A stretch of DNA of 64,000 bases. Source: Callorhinchus milii (lineage: Eukaryota). The notes under the pieces were generated by a model, which did no database searches, had not been told where the DNA came from, and saw only the letters and a program-made list of their open reading frames with translations. The DNA lies in NCBI RefSeq assembly GCF_018977255.1, contig NW_024704742.1, forward strand, positions 100,442,001 through 100,506,000, in the 5' to 3' direction. A program made the position numbers and the translations under genes. Shown piece by piece: positions 1 through 12,810 of the stretch (the first letter of the stretch is position 1; each line of letters begins with the position of its first letter).

Positions 1-173
1 TGCATTTATATAGCATCTTCACACGGGGTAGCGTCTCAGAGTGCTTTTGATATACAGTGTGATTCTCTGTATCAAGTCGGAACTGCGTTGATTTGACTTA
101 ACTCAATGCAGCCACATTTGGATTAAGCTTGATTTAATGTCTCATCCAAAGGCTGGCACCTCCAACAATGCAG

Positions 174-1178
174 CAACAACAACAACAACAACAACAAGAT
201 TCCATTTATAAAGCGCCTTTCACGTCAGGAGGACGTCCCAAGGCGCTGCACAGTTGGGTCATGACCCGAGCAGGGGGGAAATGGTCAGGGTGAGGGGAGG
301 GAAGGGAGGGAGCGAGGAGGATGAAGAGAGTCGAGAGGGGAGCTGAAGGCACGGTCAAAGAGAAAGGTTTTGAGACTGGCCTTGAAGGAGGAAAGGGAGG
401 AGGCGGCGAAGGCACTGGGGGATGGACTTCCAGAGCCTGGGGGCTGAGAGGCTGAAGGCCCGACCACCGATGGTAGGGCGGTTGGGGCGGGGGACGTGGA
501 GCAGACCAGAGCCAGAGGAACGGAGGGTACGGGCAGGTAGGTAGGGGGATAGTAGGTCGGAGAGGTAGGAGGGAGCAAGGCCGTGAATGGCCTTGTAGGT
601 GAGGATGAGGATCTTGAAATCAATCCTCTGGGGGATGGGGAGCCAGTGGAGGCGAGCGAGGGTGGGAGTGATGTGGTCCCGAAGCCTGGTGCGGGACAGT
701 ACACGAGCTGCAGAGTTCTGAATGACCTGTAGCTTGTGGAGGGAGGTGCCGGGAAGGCCGACGAGGAGAGAGTTCCCATAGTCCAGCCTTGAGGTGACAA
801 AGGTGTGGACCAGGGTTTCAGCAGCGTGAGGGGTGAGGTAGTGCCGTAGTCTGGCGATGTTCCGGAGGTGATGGAAGGCGGTGCCAGTTGTGGTGCGGAT
901 GTGAGGGAGAAAGGACAGCTCAGAGTCGAACAAAATGCCGAGGTTCCTGACCGGCTTTGAGAGGTGGAGAGTGCAGCCTTGGATGCTGATGGTGTCAGCG
1001 CCTGAGGTGCGGAGGCGCTGACGTGAGCCAATCAGGAGGGCCTCGGTTTTTCGCACGTTGAGCTGAAGAAAGTTGTCTCTCGTCCAGGACTCGATGTCGG
1101 ACAGGCAGCTGTCAGGACATCGGTGGTCGTGGAGTTGAGAGTAGAGGAGGAAAGGTAGAGTTGGGTGTCATCCGCATA
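174..1178 (-). mobile_element. L2-clade LINE, 5'-truncated (RT C-terminus, 3' UTR and (TTG)n tail)
   Basis: Minus strand reads YADDTQLY near 1178-1155, then RLDYGNSLL..LP, LQVIQNSAARVL, HITPTLARLHWLP...FKILILTYKA, GGRAFS (ORF 355-1056). Ends in a stem-loop tail and (CAA)n on the plus strand. Confidence 0.92.
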
Positions 1179-1424
1179 CAATTATTTCCCTAGCTTTTCA
1201 CAGAGAGTGTCAGTCTCAATTGTGGTTCAAAGTCCTGATGTAATTATAAAAAGAACTACCATTGCCATAATATTTTTAAAACCATATTGAAAATCATTTG
1301 CACAAAACAGTACAAAAAACATTTTCCAAATACTTTATGGTTTGCTTTGTGGTTCTGAACAAATGTTAGGTCAAAATAATTTTTTAATTTTCCCTCAAGA
1401 TTCAGAACACAAACACAGCAGCAG

Positions 1425-1697
1425 AATAAAGTGTGATTCTCTGTAATAAAGTACGAGCATGTGATTCCCTGAACTTACTCAATGCAGCCAAGTTTAGATT
1501 AAGTTTTGTTTATTCAGATGCTTCCCTCTGATCCTTTAAGAAAATTATTGGACAGCACCTCCAACAATATAGCACTCCCCCAGTACTGTATTGGAGTGTA
1601 AGCTCATATCAAAATATCAACTGAAAGTCCCAACATATGGGGTTTGAACCCACAACCTCTGATGCGTATATGAGATTGCTACCAACTGAGCCAAGCT
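1425..1697 (-). mobile_element. Old tRNA-headed SINE with a SacSINE1-like 5' half
   Basis: Minus strand reads agcttggctcagttggtagc...gttgtgggttcaaacccc...gtgctatattgttggaggtgc. Its 3' half matches positions 57-173. Confidence 0.7.
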
Positions 1698-2456
1698 TTG
1701 GATTCTTTGTCTTTAATGCATCTGTTCTAAATACTGTGCTAGTTAATCAGTGTTGTAAAATATTGTAGTATTGTACCTTCATGTAAACTCTTCAATAGAT
1801 CACTGTTCTGACACCCGGCATCAGATTGAGGCAAATCTGCTGCTAAATTCTGCCTTTTCCCATTTCGACCATTTAAATAATTCTGGCTACTTTGACAGGA
1901 AAACCACAGCAGCTCACATCACCTTTGACACCCAGGGGCTACATCATCTTGTCAACGTATAAACAAACAAATGACAAGTTATATTTTCACAGATTCTTTA
2001 AATATTTGATACAATTTATCACCCAGTTAAGTAATGTGACAGCAGGATCTCTGGAAAGCATTCTGAATGGCAACTGTTAGCACGTATGACACTAAATATT
2101 TACAGTTGGCATTAAGAGATGTAATCAGTCAGACAAAGTGATTCGTATGTAGGTATTACTAACGTACAAGATATAGGCTCATTGGAATAAAGAAAGCAGA
2201 CTGCTCCCTGCAATGGCCATATCTCAGTGTAGGCAGTAGACCTCACTGCTGACCAACTCCTGTCTGGTCAGATGATGAGATTCTGTTATTCTTGATAGAT
2301 TCTGATGGAATACCCTGGGCTAGACTGAGCCTGGCTTTCTGACCTGAAGCAGGCTGCATGATGATAAGAAGCTCCAATTGGAAGGCGTAAGAAGGAACAG
2401 TAAAGATTTTATGTACAGATCAAAAAAAATCTGTAATTCTAACAACTCTAATAGTT

Positions 2457-2539
2457 TTAACCCAGCATGCTCTGTTTCAGTAATAGGTGTCTATACAGAG
2501 TCTTAACCAGCATGTTTTGTTTCAGTAATAGGTGTCTAT
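2457..2539. repeat. Local direct duplication, about 37 bp unit
   Basis: ttaac(c)cagcatg.t.tgtttcagtaataggtgtctat at 2457-2494 and 2503-2539. Confidence 0.9.
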
Positions 2540-4860
2540 GTGGAGTACAAGATGGATACACTGTCAGTCTTCACTGCTGGGATGCATTGAGCTGTTTCAA
2601 GGTGATCAATTTTGTAAATAATTGGAATAATCAGGGAAACGGCCTAATTTATAAATCTTTGCATACAGCATTTTAACTAACCTCTGCAATTAATGCTGAT
2701 ATCTGTGCTTCTTAATGGACTGTTTTCCCAGCTGTCATTTTAGATGCAGAACATTTTTGCTACTCTGTTTTAAAATTAAAACTAAAGCACTGTTTCCAAG
2801 GGAATTAAGAACTGTCTGGAATGCCAATGTGCTTCTCATTAAAACATTAGTCAGCTAACATTTACATTAGAGAGCAGGGTGGTGCTACATCAGGGCTTAA
2901 CAACTAGGTGAGCTGTGAGCCAAAGTCTTCACTCATTTCAGCTGAGAAAACACTGCAGATCTGATAAGCTCGCATGATTGTGGCAGAGTGGTCCGGACCG
3001 TATGTTTGCCATTTCCGTGCCCGCCTGACCGTTCATTTATCACTCCTGCAGCAAGGGTGAGCAAGCCCGTATCTGGGCAGTATGTAAGCTAAGTGTGCCG
3101 TCATTGAATATTTGTTGGAGATGTGTGAAACCCCAATCAAACCTGGCTGACCTAAATTGCTCTGGTGTTATTCAAGCAAGCTGCAGAGTCTGGATATTCC
3201 ATGGGGCCTTTTGTGGGGACTTTTATACCAGCCACACAAGTATCATTTAGATACGTTCAGATTCCCAGCACAGACACTGGTTATAATCACTATCTTTGCT
3301 GTGGGAAGGCAGATGAGCTTCTCTCTACCCTTGACAGGTCTTGCTACAAGCCAGGTACTGGGGCCCAGATAAACCAACAGAGGAGTAAGACCAGCCTACA
3401 ATAAACTGAAATTCCACCTCGTCTTAGCCTGTAAAACAACTTTTTCCTAAAATTTAAGATTGTGCAAAATTGTGGACTTTTTTTAAATTCAGGCTTAATT
3501 CAGAAGCTGACTTTTATTAAGAACTGTGGAAAACTGACTCACAAATTAAGACTCAATTTAAGAATTTCCCCCAATTCTGCTGGATCCTACATTTTAAGAC
3601 AAAATGGACTCACAATCCAAGACTAAGCGAAATTATGGGCTCCTCTCAAGATTTAAAACAAATCAGCTTTTGGAGACAAAATACATAACATTTTCAAGGA
3701 CAAATTGTAACTTATTTATTCAATTTAAATATCAAATATATTTCCTGGTGGATGATTCTGAAACCGCCTAGTATATTGTGCACACAGTATGCAGTGTAGT
3801 ATTGAGCATGCAGCATTGTGTACACAGTATTCTGTATTCAGTATTGTGCACACAGTATCTACAGTTGTTTCAGCTCCTACAATTTCACATGTAGAATGCA
3901 ATCATTCAAATTGGCTTAAGTGAAGCATTGTTCAGTTACTACCCTGCTGGCTTTTACCATTATAACTTAGAACTAACATGCTGCTACATTTTTATGGTTG
4001 AACTTGCAATTGCCATACATTGAGTGTTTCCCACTTTTGTATTGGTGATTTTTCAGTGAATAGTTTTACTCGAGCAAAGCCATTCTTTCAATCAAACCTT
4101 CACTGACTGATTTTAGCCAATAGTGTGCTGTCAGTACTTTACTTACTGCTCAATCTCACTAACCTGACATTTATGGTGTACTGATTGGTCCCTGTCAGTG
4201 CTGCCGGTTGTAAATTCACTTTGAAAAGCTTCATATTAACAGCCCCCGACCAGCTCTGAAGAGAGTATGTACAGGCAAGCTGACAATTGCTTGACCTTCT
4301 GCCCTTATTACAGTGAGTAAATCAGACTTTAGGCCATTAGACTGCAGCGTGAGGCCGAGGCAAAATGCACTGACATGACTAAAGGTCAACCTCTGTCACA
4401 CATATCCAACAATTTGGATAATGGAATTCTGTAACTTATCTGACAAACGTGGTAAAAACCTTAAACTGTTCAGTTCAGAAGCTTTGCACTGTGTTAATAG
4501 TTAGTTGAAGCTGTCTGAAAAGGGGCTGCCTCCTCTTGAATTCTTATCTCACAAGAGAACAATAAATGTTAGAAAATTTGTCTGAAGGCAGAAGGATGTC
4601 CAGGCTTGCGTTTCTACTTATAGTATCACTAAGCCGCTTGTGTCACTGGCTGGCGCGATGAATGCTGGATTTACTGATACGCCTCCCAGCAGCACGAAGA
4701 GTGCCACTCGAGCGAAGAGTCTGACAGACATTGCCCACTCCTTGTCCAGACACACATTTTGGATGTAAATTTTGCTGTTTCTTTTCTACCCTAGATTCTA
4801 CTGGTGCACAATGCAGGAGACATTATCTGTAGCATGCAAACCATGCAGGTGGGGCACCTT

Positions 4861-5180
4861 GTGGAGTTCTGTAGCTCAGTGGTTAGAGCACTCGCTTTGC
4901 AAGTGAGAGACCTGAGTTCAATTCCAGGCAGGGCGAAACCTTGGGCAAGTTTCCTTATTCCACACGCCTAATAATAATCCCTCCAAAACCAAAACCAATG
5001 ATAAAATTGGTCATTTTCAATCTACGACTGTTTGTGGGACATTGCTGTGCGCAATTGACTGCCGCGTTCGCCCACAAATATACAGTCAATTCACTTTACA
5101 GTGTGTTCTGTGAAGTGCTTTGGGACGTCCTCCCGACGTGAAAAGCACTATATCAAATGCAAGGATTATTATTATTATTA
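4861..5180 (+). mobile_element. Young tRNA-headed SINE (Deu-like core, L2-type tail), full length
   Basis: A box TAGCTCAGTGG, B box GAGTTCAATTCC, core tgtttgtgggacattgctgtgcgcaattg.ctgccgcgttcgccc, (TTA)n tail; near-identical copies elsewhere in the window. Confidence 0.92.
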
Positions 5181-5329
5181 ATAGCAAAACAACAGGTTAT
5201 TGTCTGTGGAGGGAAGGAAGCCAGGTTTTATTCTTGGAAATGTGGAATGGAAGGAATAATAATAGTAATCTTTGCATTTTGATACAGCATCTTTCCCATC
5301 AGGAGGACAGCTCAACGCGCTTCACAGGA

Positions 5330-5612
5330 TATAATAATAATAATCATTGCATTTCATGTAGCGCCTTATCACGACTTTGAGACATCTAAAAGTGCTTCAC
5401 AGAATATACTGTAAGGTGTAATGACCATGTATTTTGTAGGTAAACACAACAGCTAATTTGCTCACAGCAATAACCCACAAACAATCATGAAGTGAATCAC
5501 CTATTTTATTTAGGGGATTGTTGGCCAGGATACCTGGAGAAACTTCCTCCTCTTTTCAAATAGCGCCATGGGATCTTTAATGAATAGGCAGATGGGATCT
5601 CGGTTTAACTTC
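5330..5612 (-). mobile_element. Old DeuSINE fragment
   Basis: Reverse SINE tail plus ttggccagga...gccatgggatctttaa...cggtttaacttctcatc; paralogous to 56810-57113. Confidence 0.7.
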
Positions 5613-8600
5613 TCATCAAAAACATTATTAATTTCTGCTGCAAACGATTAACGGAATGGGGGCTCTCTGCAGGTAGGTTGTAAGTTTTATTGGCAAACAA
5701 GGAAAGCTTAGCAAACATTTCTCCCTCCCTTAAAACTTTACTGGTTATTAAATGAATATTTTTTGTGGCATATTGAAAGGAATATGGTTCCAGTAAACCA
5801 ATGTCAACACAGGAGATGAGCAATTGGAATAAATACCAGCAGTTGCCACTGGTATCAGTGTCAATCCACACACTCCAAGGGTTTGGTCATGTCTCCCTCA
5901 TCAATACTTCATTTGGGTTTCTCAGAGCTGACTATTGGAATGGGATGTTGTGTGTTATGGATTTACACGATCATAAGATTGCTTTGGATGCAAAAGGTGC
6001 ATCTGATCACATCCTTTCAGAATACCCATCCTTCCATCTTTCCATCACCACAACAAGCTGTTTTTTAATGTGTCCAGTGCTCTGGCCTTAATCACCCTTC
6101 ATGGCAACCTGTTCCAGTCATTAATTACCATTCAACAACAACAACAACGAGATTACATTTGTATAGCGCCTTTCACGTCAGGAGGACATCCCAAGGTGCT
6201 GGACAGTGTATAGCATTTCAGACCTTATGAGGAAGGCTAGGCATCTAAAACTGGCTTCAATTTGTGATCCCTAACCAAAAAGGTGAAAGGAACCCCATCT
6301 TAAGGTACCATTCCTGAGCTTGGAATACAACTCAGCTTTATAAAAATAATAATCACTATTGTAGACTAAAGTACTGAATACTGAATATGCGTCAGTTACA
6401 GAATAAGACCAGAACATGTAGTGCTCTACTTCAGGAGGCCTGCTTCACCATCAATTAAGAGAGAATACCTACTGGAGTTGGTTATTTTCCATGAGGCTTG
6501 AATGCCTGCCTATTAGGTTCAGTGCTGATCTCCAATTATATTGCCAAACAGCCAGGAGTGCCTGAGGACAGTGGGCTGTGACACTGGAGTCTAACACTTT
6601 GAGATGTCCTCCGAACGTGAAATACACTTAAATAAATGTTGGTATTATTGTCTGTCGTGCCCTGATCGTTAAAAATATCAATCTTTTTGCTCCATCTTTC
6701 AATAGGTTTTCTAATTATTAAAAAAAACAGTATTTTAAGACAACAATAAGTATTGTTAATATTATAAAATAAAGCTACCTGTAATTCCTTATGTGCAGAT
6801 GTGTTTACACTCAATTTACACAATGCTCAATTTAAACTCCTTTATGATGCCTCCTAATACTCTTTTATTTAAATCTACATCGCAAGGACAAAAGTTTGAA
6901 TGAACTCTGGCAGAATTCATCCCCCAATACCTTCTGCTCCTGAGTTCAGCAATTAATTGGCTGACATCCCACATAAAATAAGTAAATCCTCTTTAATTTG
7001 TTCATCAGCACACTCCCACCCTCCCTCAACCCATTTATTTTCTGTTCTCCTTGTCTGGAAAGATGAATTTCACAAGTGCTTCACATTAAACCACTAATTA
7101 CTGCAAGGCTGCACATTTATCACAATTTCACAAGATACTAGACAAAAAAGAAAAGTGTGACTGACAGACTAACCAGAGTCTGAGACATAGAAACAGATTA
7201 TTTGGGATTGAGCAGCCTTGGAAAACGGCCAAGGGCTGAACACCACCAAGGCTGAGAGAAAGAGAAGATGAGATAAATTAAGGAGCATAAGTTCAGTGGG
7301 TGTTTTACACAAATGTAATATGACTTAATGGGTAATTGCAATTTGTTTCTGTGTGTGTCTGTGTGTGTGTGAGGTAATGGAACATTTTACACTTCGGGAA
7401 GAAGAGATTGGCTGATGTTCGTGTTGTGTTCAGCCTTGCTGTGCAATGCTCTACTGTTACACTGTACGGTTTCTGCTCACCTGTGTTTGTTGATTGGATT
7501 GATAATAATAATAATCCTTGCATTTGATATAGTGCCTTATCATATCATTGAGACATCTCAAAGCGCTTCACAGAATATACTGTCATATTTTGTGGGTAGA
7601 TCATTCTGTCACTGTATTCAATCAAGAAAGTTCAGAAATTGACATAGGGAGTGAAAAAGTGCACGAACATCAAAACCTCAGCACAAACAGTACCTGGAGA
7701 TGGAAAACGTGCCTGCATTCTAAAGTGGCTCTTCTGCACAGTGTACGTCACACCAAAGAGTGAGATGTTGGCTGAGAGCTAAGATCTCAAGAATCACAGC
7801 AATGCATTGTTATGTACCTGAGGTTCCCTGGTTATTTTACATGCTGAGGTACTGCTTGTGGCACAAGATCCCAATTACACCATGTTCTCTTTTTCTCTGC
7901 TTGAGCCCTTTTTCAACCCCAAAGAATCCAAATCTATGTATTGCTAACAAAAAGTCACCAGTTGCTAGTGTTTCAACCAGTGAAAGCGCGTCCAGAGGGC
8001 AGGGTCATTCGAAGGGCAAATTCTAAATATCACGTACATATTTTTATAAATCAAAACTGCCAAATGTCCTGAAAAAAGTAGATGATGGATTCTTTCAGAA
8101 ACATCATTTGAAGTTCAATGGGGGCTGTGGCATGTGCATATTTGTTTCCCCCAGTGCTTTACTCTATTAGGTCTAATTGGAACTGAAGTTGCTTGTTAAA
8201 GTGTTTGATAAAATTATAAAGATTATGGTTGGCAGGGTGAGTGGTTTCAAAAATGCTTTAAAAATGAGAAAATATGTTTGGGTCATTTCTTTCAGTATAA
8301 AATGTGGCAGCTTCATTCATCATCCTTTTCGCCGTCGAACAGACAGAAAATAAAATAATATTATTCCACATTTGCAGCGCTGCTTAGATTCAGACCTGCA
8401 CTTTCTGTTTTATGGCTGAAAGTATTCGGTTGGTCCTGAGGGTAAAACAGTGAGCAGAGCGAGCAGACCTGAATGTTGTAATAATAATGGTAACAATGCA
8501 GCATGAAACTGATTCAGCGAGGACCTCTGCTCATTAAAGCTTGGCTCACAGCCTTGAGGACATGTCTACACCTACACGTCTGCTCCAGTGTTCGCAGACT

Positions 8601-8641
8601 CACATTGTCTCCAGTTCAAACATGCACTGAAACTCGGCCTT

Positions 8642-8767
<126 letters not shown>

Positions 8768-11700
8768 TGAGTTTACAATCTTTCAAGACTATGGCCCCAA
8801 CGCCTGAATCCCGCTTCCACTCAAGAATACCATCCAGCTCCAGCCCCCCATGAAACACAGTCCCTGAGCTCAAGCTTCCCCCCACCCCATCCCCATACAC
8901 ACAACTCCAGCCCCAACTTGAGTTGAAATGAATCTTTTAAAAAATCCTTGGTATATCTCTGCTGCCTTGGATTACATCATACCTGTCTGCCCATATTGTA
9001 CGAGTCTCCTCAGAGCTTCTTCAGCCCCAGCAAGATCCCACTTATCTCCTTGTAGCCAGCGGGATGTTGTTTAAGACTGTATACTCATTTTATCAGCATC
9101 AGTATTGAACTCAGAACCTCTCTGTTCACTGCTGAGTGCCTTTGTATCTCAAAGAACAACAGAAATTACAACACAGTAGGAGGACACCTGGCTCTTCAAG
9201 CCTAAACTGGACTCTGCTCCTCAACTGCTTACTCTAATCACAATTCCTTGCTCTTCCCTCTACATTCTATATTCTTTCTCTCTATTGAGCCTATCGAGCT
9301 TGTTCCTTAAAGTTATCATTCCCAATGTCCTGCCCTTTGCTATACCTTTGATGTCTGCTACATAATTTTCTCCTTTAATACAGTTGTAATTGGAAGATAA
9401 ATGAGAAATTATGAGAATATTAATGCAACTTTTCCCCGTGGTCCTTCTGTGATTCGGTGAAAATAGCTGAATTCTCAGGTGTATTCTCATTAATGTATTT
9501 GATAGATTTCAATACAGGTCATTGAAAGAAACGTTCTCATTCAGCAACGAAACAACATAAACCATTATCACATCATCACCCCAACGCTCCACTCCACCAA
9601 CAGGTGTATGATGTGCACTGTTTATTTATAAGTGCAATTCAGCCAAAAAATAAAAGCTCTTGATGTTTGAGCATGAGGCTAATTAATTCTAACCTCAGTT
9701 TTACATTTTCCCACACTTCTGAACTATGTTTTCATTGAAATGCCTGATTTGGATTCCTCCAGTCTTAGCTTATTACGTTCTGACATGAACCAGAAATAAG
9801 AACCATTTTACGGCTAGATAATCCGTCCCTGGAGAGAGACTACATTAACGCGCCAGGTAATTTCTCATTTATCCTCTAATCACAACTGTGTTAAAGGAGA
9901 AAATTAGTTTTCTGACATAATATGGATTAATTACTGCAAATGCTTTCTGGTTCCTTATAAAAACACTCGCAAAGGATTGTTTTTAGTACTCCAATCTGAC
10001 AAAATGACCAAATTTATTTTTAATCGCACTTTCACTGTTGGAGGGGGTGGGTGAGGGGAAAGAGAAAGAAAAACTTTTGCCGAATGGAATGTTTTGCTAA
10101 AGAATGCCAGGATCCTTTTCAAAAACAAATTGGGCATCTGCTCTAAACACAAAAAGAGCCTGGGATCCAAAGTGAAATGGCCCATGAAATAACTCAAATG
10201 ACTAATTATGTAGCTTTCTGACGCAGTGAACCCATTCTAAACTTGTCACCTCTTCCTCTGATTCATTCCACAGGACGAATTAACATAGAACATGGTTCAG
10301 TCCATTGTTTTCCATGAACCTCACTCATAGGTGACAATTCATGATGTAAGTTAATGGAATGATACCCAATCTTGGCCTTGAATGCAATTCAGTGGAATGC
10401 ATGGATCACATGCAAGACAAACAGTGTGAAAAGGGAGCTGAGGACAGACCTGAGATTATTTGTCCAGTAATGCGGTGCTAACAGTTAAACAGCTTCTGTC
10501 ATTGTCCAGCAAAAATAATGATTTAACACAAGAGATAAAAATCATTTGCAAATAAAAGATCTAGTTATATTTGGAATGTTATATTTGGATTAAACACAAA
10601 AATAGGAAAAGTAACTAGAGATAAACGGAAATTAACATTGGAAGATAAGGTATTCAGAGCATTAAAGTAATATTACACATTGTTTATTGGATTGATTTTT
10701 GTTCAAAATCTCCATGAGTCAGTCTTTACTTTAGTGTTCTTTGGGTTTATGATATTAACATTTAAAATATGAGATGAATTATACTTCAGATTAAATCTCA
10801 AGGAACTGGAATGCCTTCAAAGGGTGATCATGTCCTATTTAGAAACTGTACCCTAAATGAGATAAAAATCTGCAGAACTATAACTGAATGGATTAAAAAA
10901 ATAACTATTGGAGATTCAACTCAGAACTGCTACCCAGGTCTGTCTGTAACAGTGAAACTACAATGTACAGCATGCAGACTGCAGTATAAGATATCAAGCT
11001 TTTACAAATATTTGAAGAGGAACGATATGAAAGTGTTTGGAGAAAGAGCAGGGAATTGGGATTACAGTCGACAGCTCCATTAGCACAGCACAGTGCTGGC
11101 ATCCAGCAGCAGCACAGACTCAATGAGCCAAACAAACTCCTTCTACGTGATCATTTCTACATATCTATAATTATTTCTTATTGTACTTCAGGTGTTAGGT
11201 TCTATGGGCAATAAAGCGTTTTCTTTACACAAAATCATCCTATTCAGATTCTTTATTGAGGATACACTTTAGAAATGATTGTTGATTAGCCCCCACTGTC
11301 TTCGTGAAAATATGTGATTTTTTAAATATAAGAACACGATATAATGAAGTTAAGTAAATCATATTATCTTACTGCACATCATTCGAAGAAAAGGATACAC
11401 TGCTCGCCTTTGAGGCTTATCCCTCTCCACTCCTGCACCCCAAACAAAAGAAAATATAAATGATTGGAATGAAAATTGCAACAACAATATTATTTATGTC
11501 ATGTCTTTCCTGTTATGAGGACATCTCAAAGCACTTCACAGAATTGGCTGAGAACCCAAGCTGGGGATTGGGGAAGTGACCAAAAATATGGTCGAAAAGA
11601 AAGATCTTAAAGCGGGCATTACAGGTGGGGAGGAGGGGGTGAGGCAGAGGGCATCTGGGATGGGATTCCAGAGAATATTTCATAACCTTGTTTGGTGTGA

Positions 11701-12483
11701 AAATATTCTGGGAGAGGTGGATATCTTCCCTAAAAACATCAGGTGAATGGGAAGTATGGCAGCCAATCACAGCCTGGTATTTGAAGAGTTCGCTGATTGG
11801 TTAGTTAGAGAGATCAACAAGATCCACTCACCGAGCAAGGAACTAGGAGAGGACTACCCAAAGCCAGAGACACAATCATTCAACCCAACCAGTAACTAGC
11901 GAATGATTGGAACTTGGTCATGATCTGTTGCCTTCGTAAGCCATGCTCACTGTCTACAACTCCTTTAGCCTGGGTGTTGCATCACGACAACATTATACCA
12001 ACTTGTCAATCTCCTTCACCGAACAGTACAAAATAGTTTGAAATCTCTGCACACCTCATGGGGTCAATTCATCTTTATTACAACTTTTGAACACAATAAT
12101 GATCTTTCAAGTCGCAGTTTTAGAAAATGTAGCAAGTGAAACATATACAGACAATTGTTTACAGAAAGACGGAACTCACACTCAGAAATATCTTCATTTT
12201 GAGCGAAGTCTTTCGTCTGTACGAGCGGACGTTAAAGATGAAAGAATATTGCGCAGAGCAAATAATGCCATTAATACCATTGTACCTCCCCCCATATCTA
12301 TGTTACCTACAAAGCATAGCCAAGAGGACAGTGGGGTCTAATCAATAGCCATAGCCATGTACAGATACAAAAATGCCTACAAAATGACCATAAACGTATA
12401 ATGAATGAAAATTATGCTCACATTACAACTCTCACCAGGAACAGCCACAAACAATGGATATAATATCAAGAGTCTGTGTTTGT

Positions 12484-12810
12484 GTGGAGTCCTGTGGCTC
12501 AGTGGTTAGAGCACTCGCTTTGCAAGTGAGAGACCTGAGTTCAATTCCAGGCAGGGCGAAACCTTGGGCAAGTTTCCTTACTCCACACAGAGCCTAATAA
12601 TAATTCCTCCAAAAAAACCAAACAATAATAAATTGGTCATTTTCAATCCATATGACTGTTTGTGGGACATTGCTGTGCGCAATTGGCTGCCGCGTTCGCC
12701 CACAAATATACAGTCAATTCACTTTACAGTGTGTTCTGTGAAGCGCTTTGGGACGTCCTCCTGACGTGAAAAGCGCTATATCAGATGCAAAGATCATTAT
12801 TATTATTATT
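12484..12810 (+). mobile_element. Young tRNA-headed SINE, full length
   Basis: Near-identical to 4861-5180. Confidence 0.92.
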
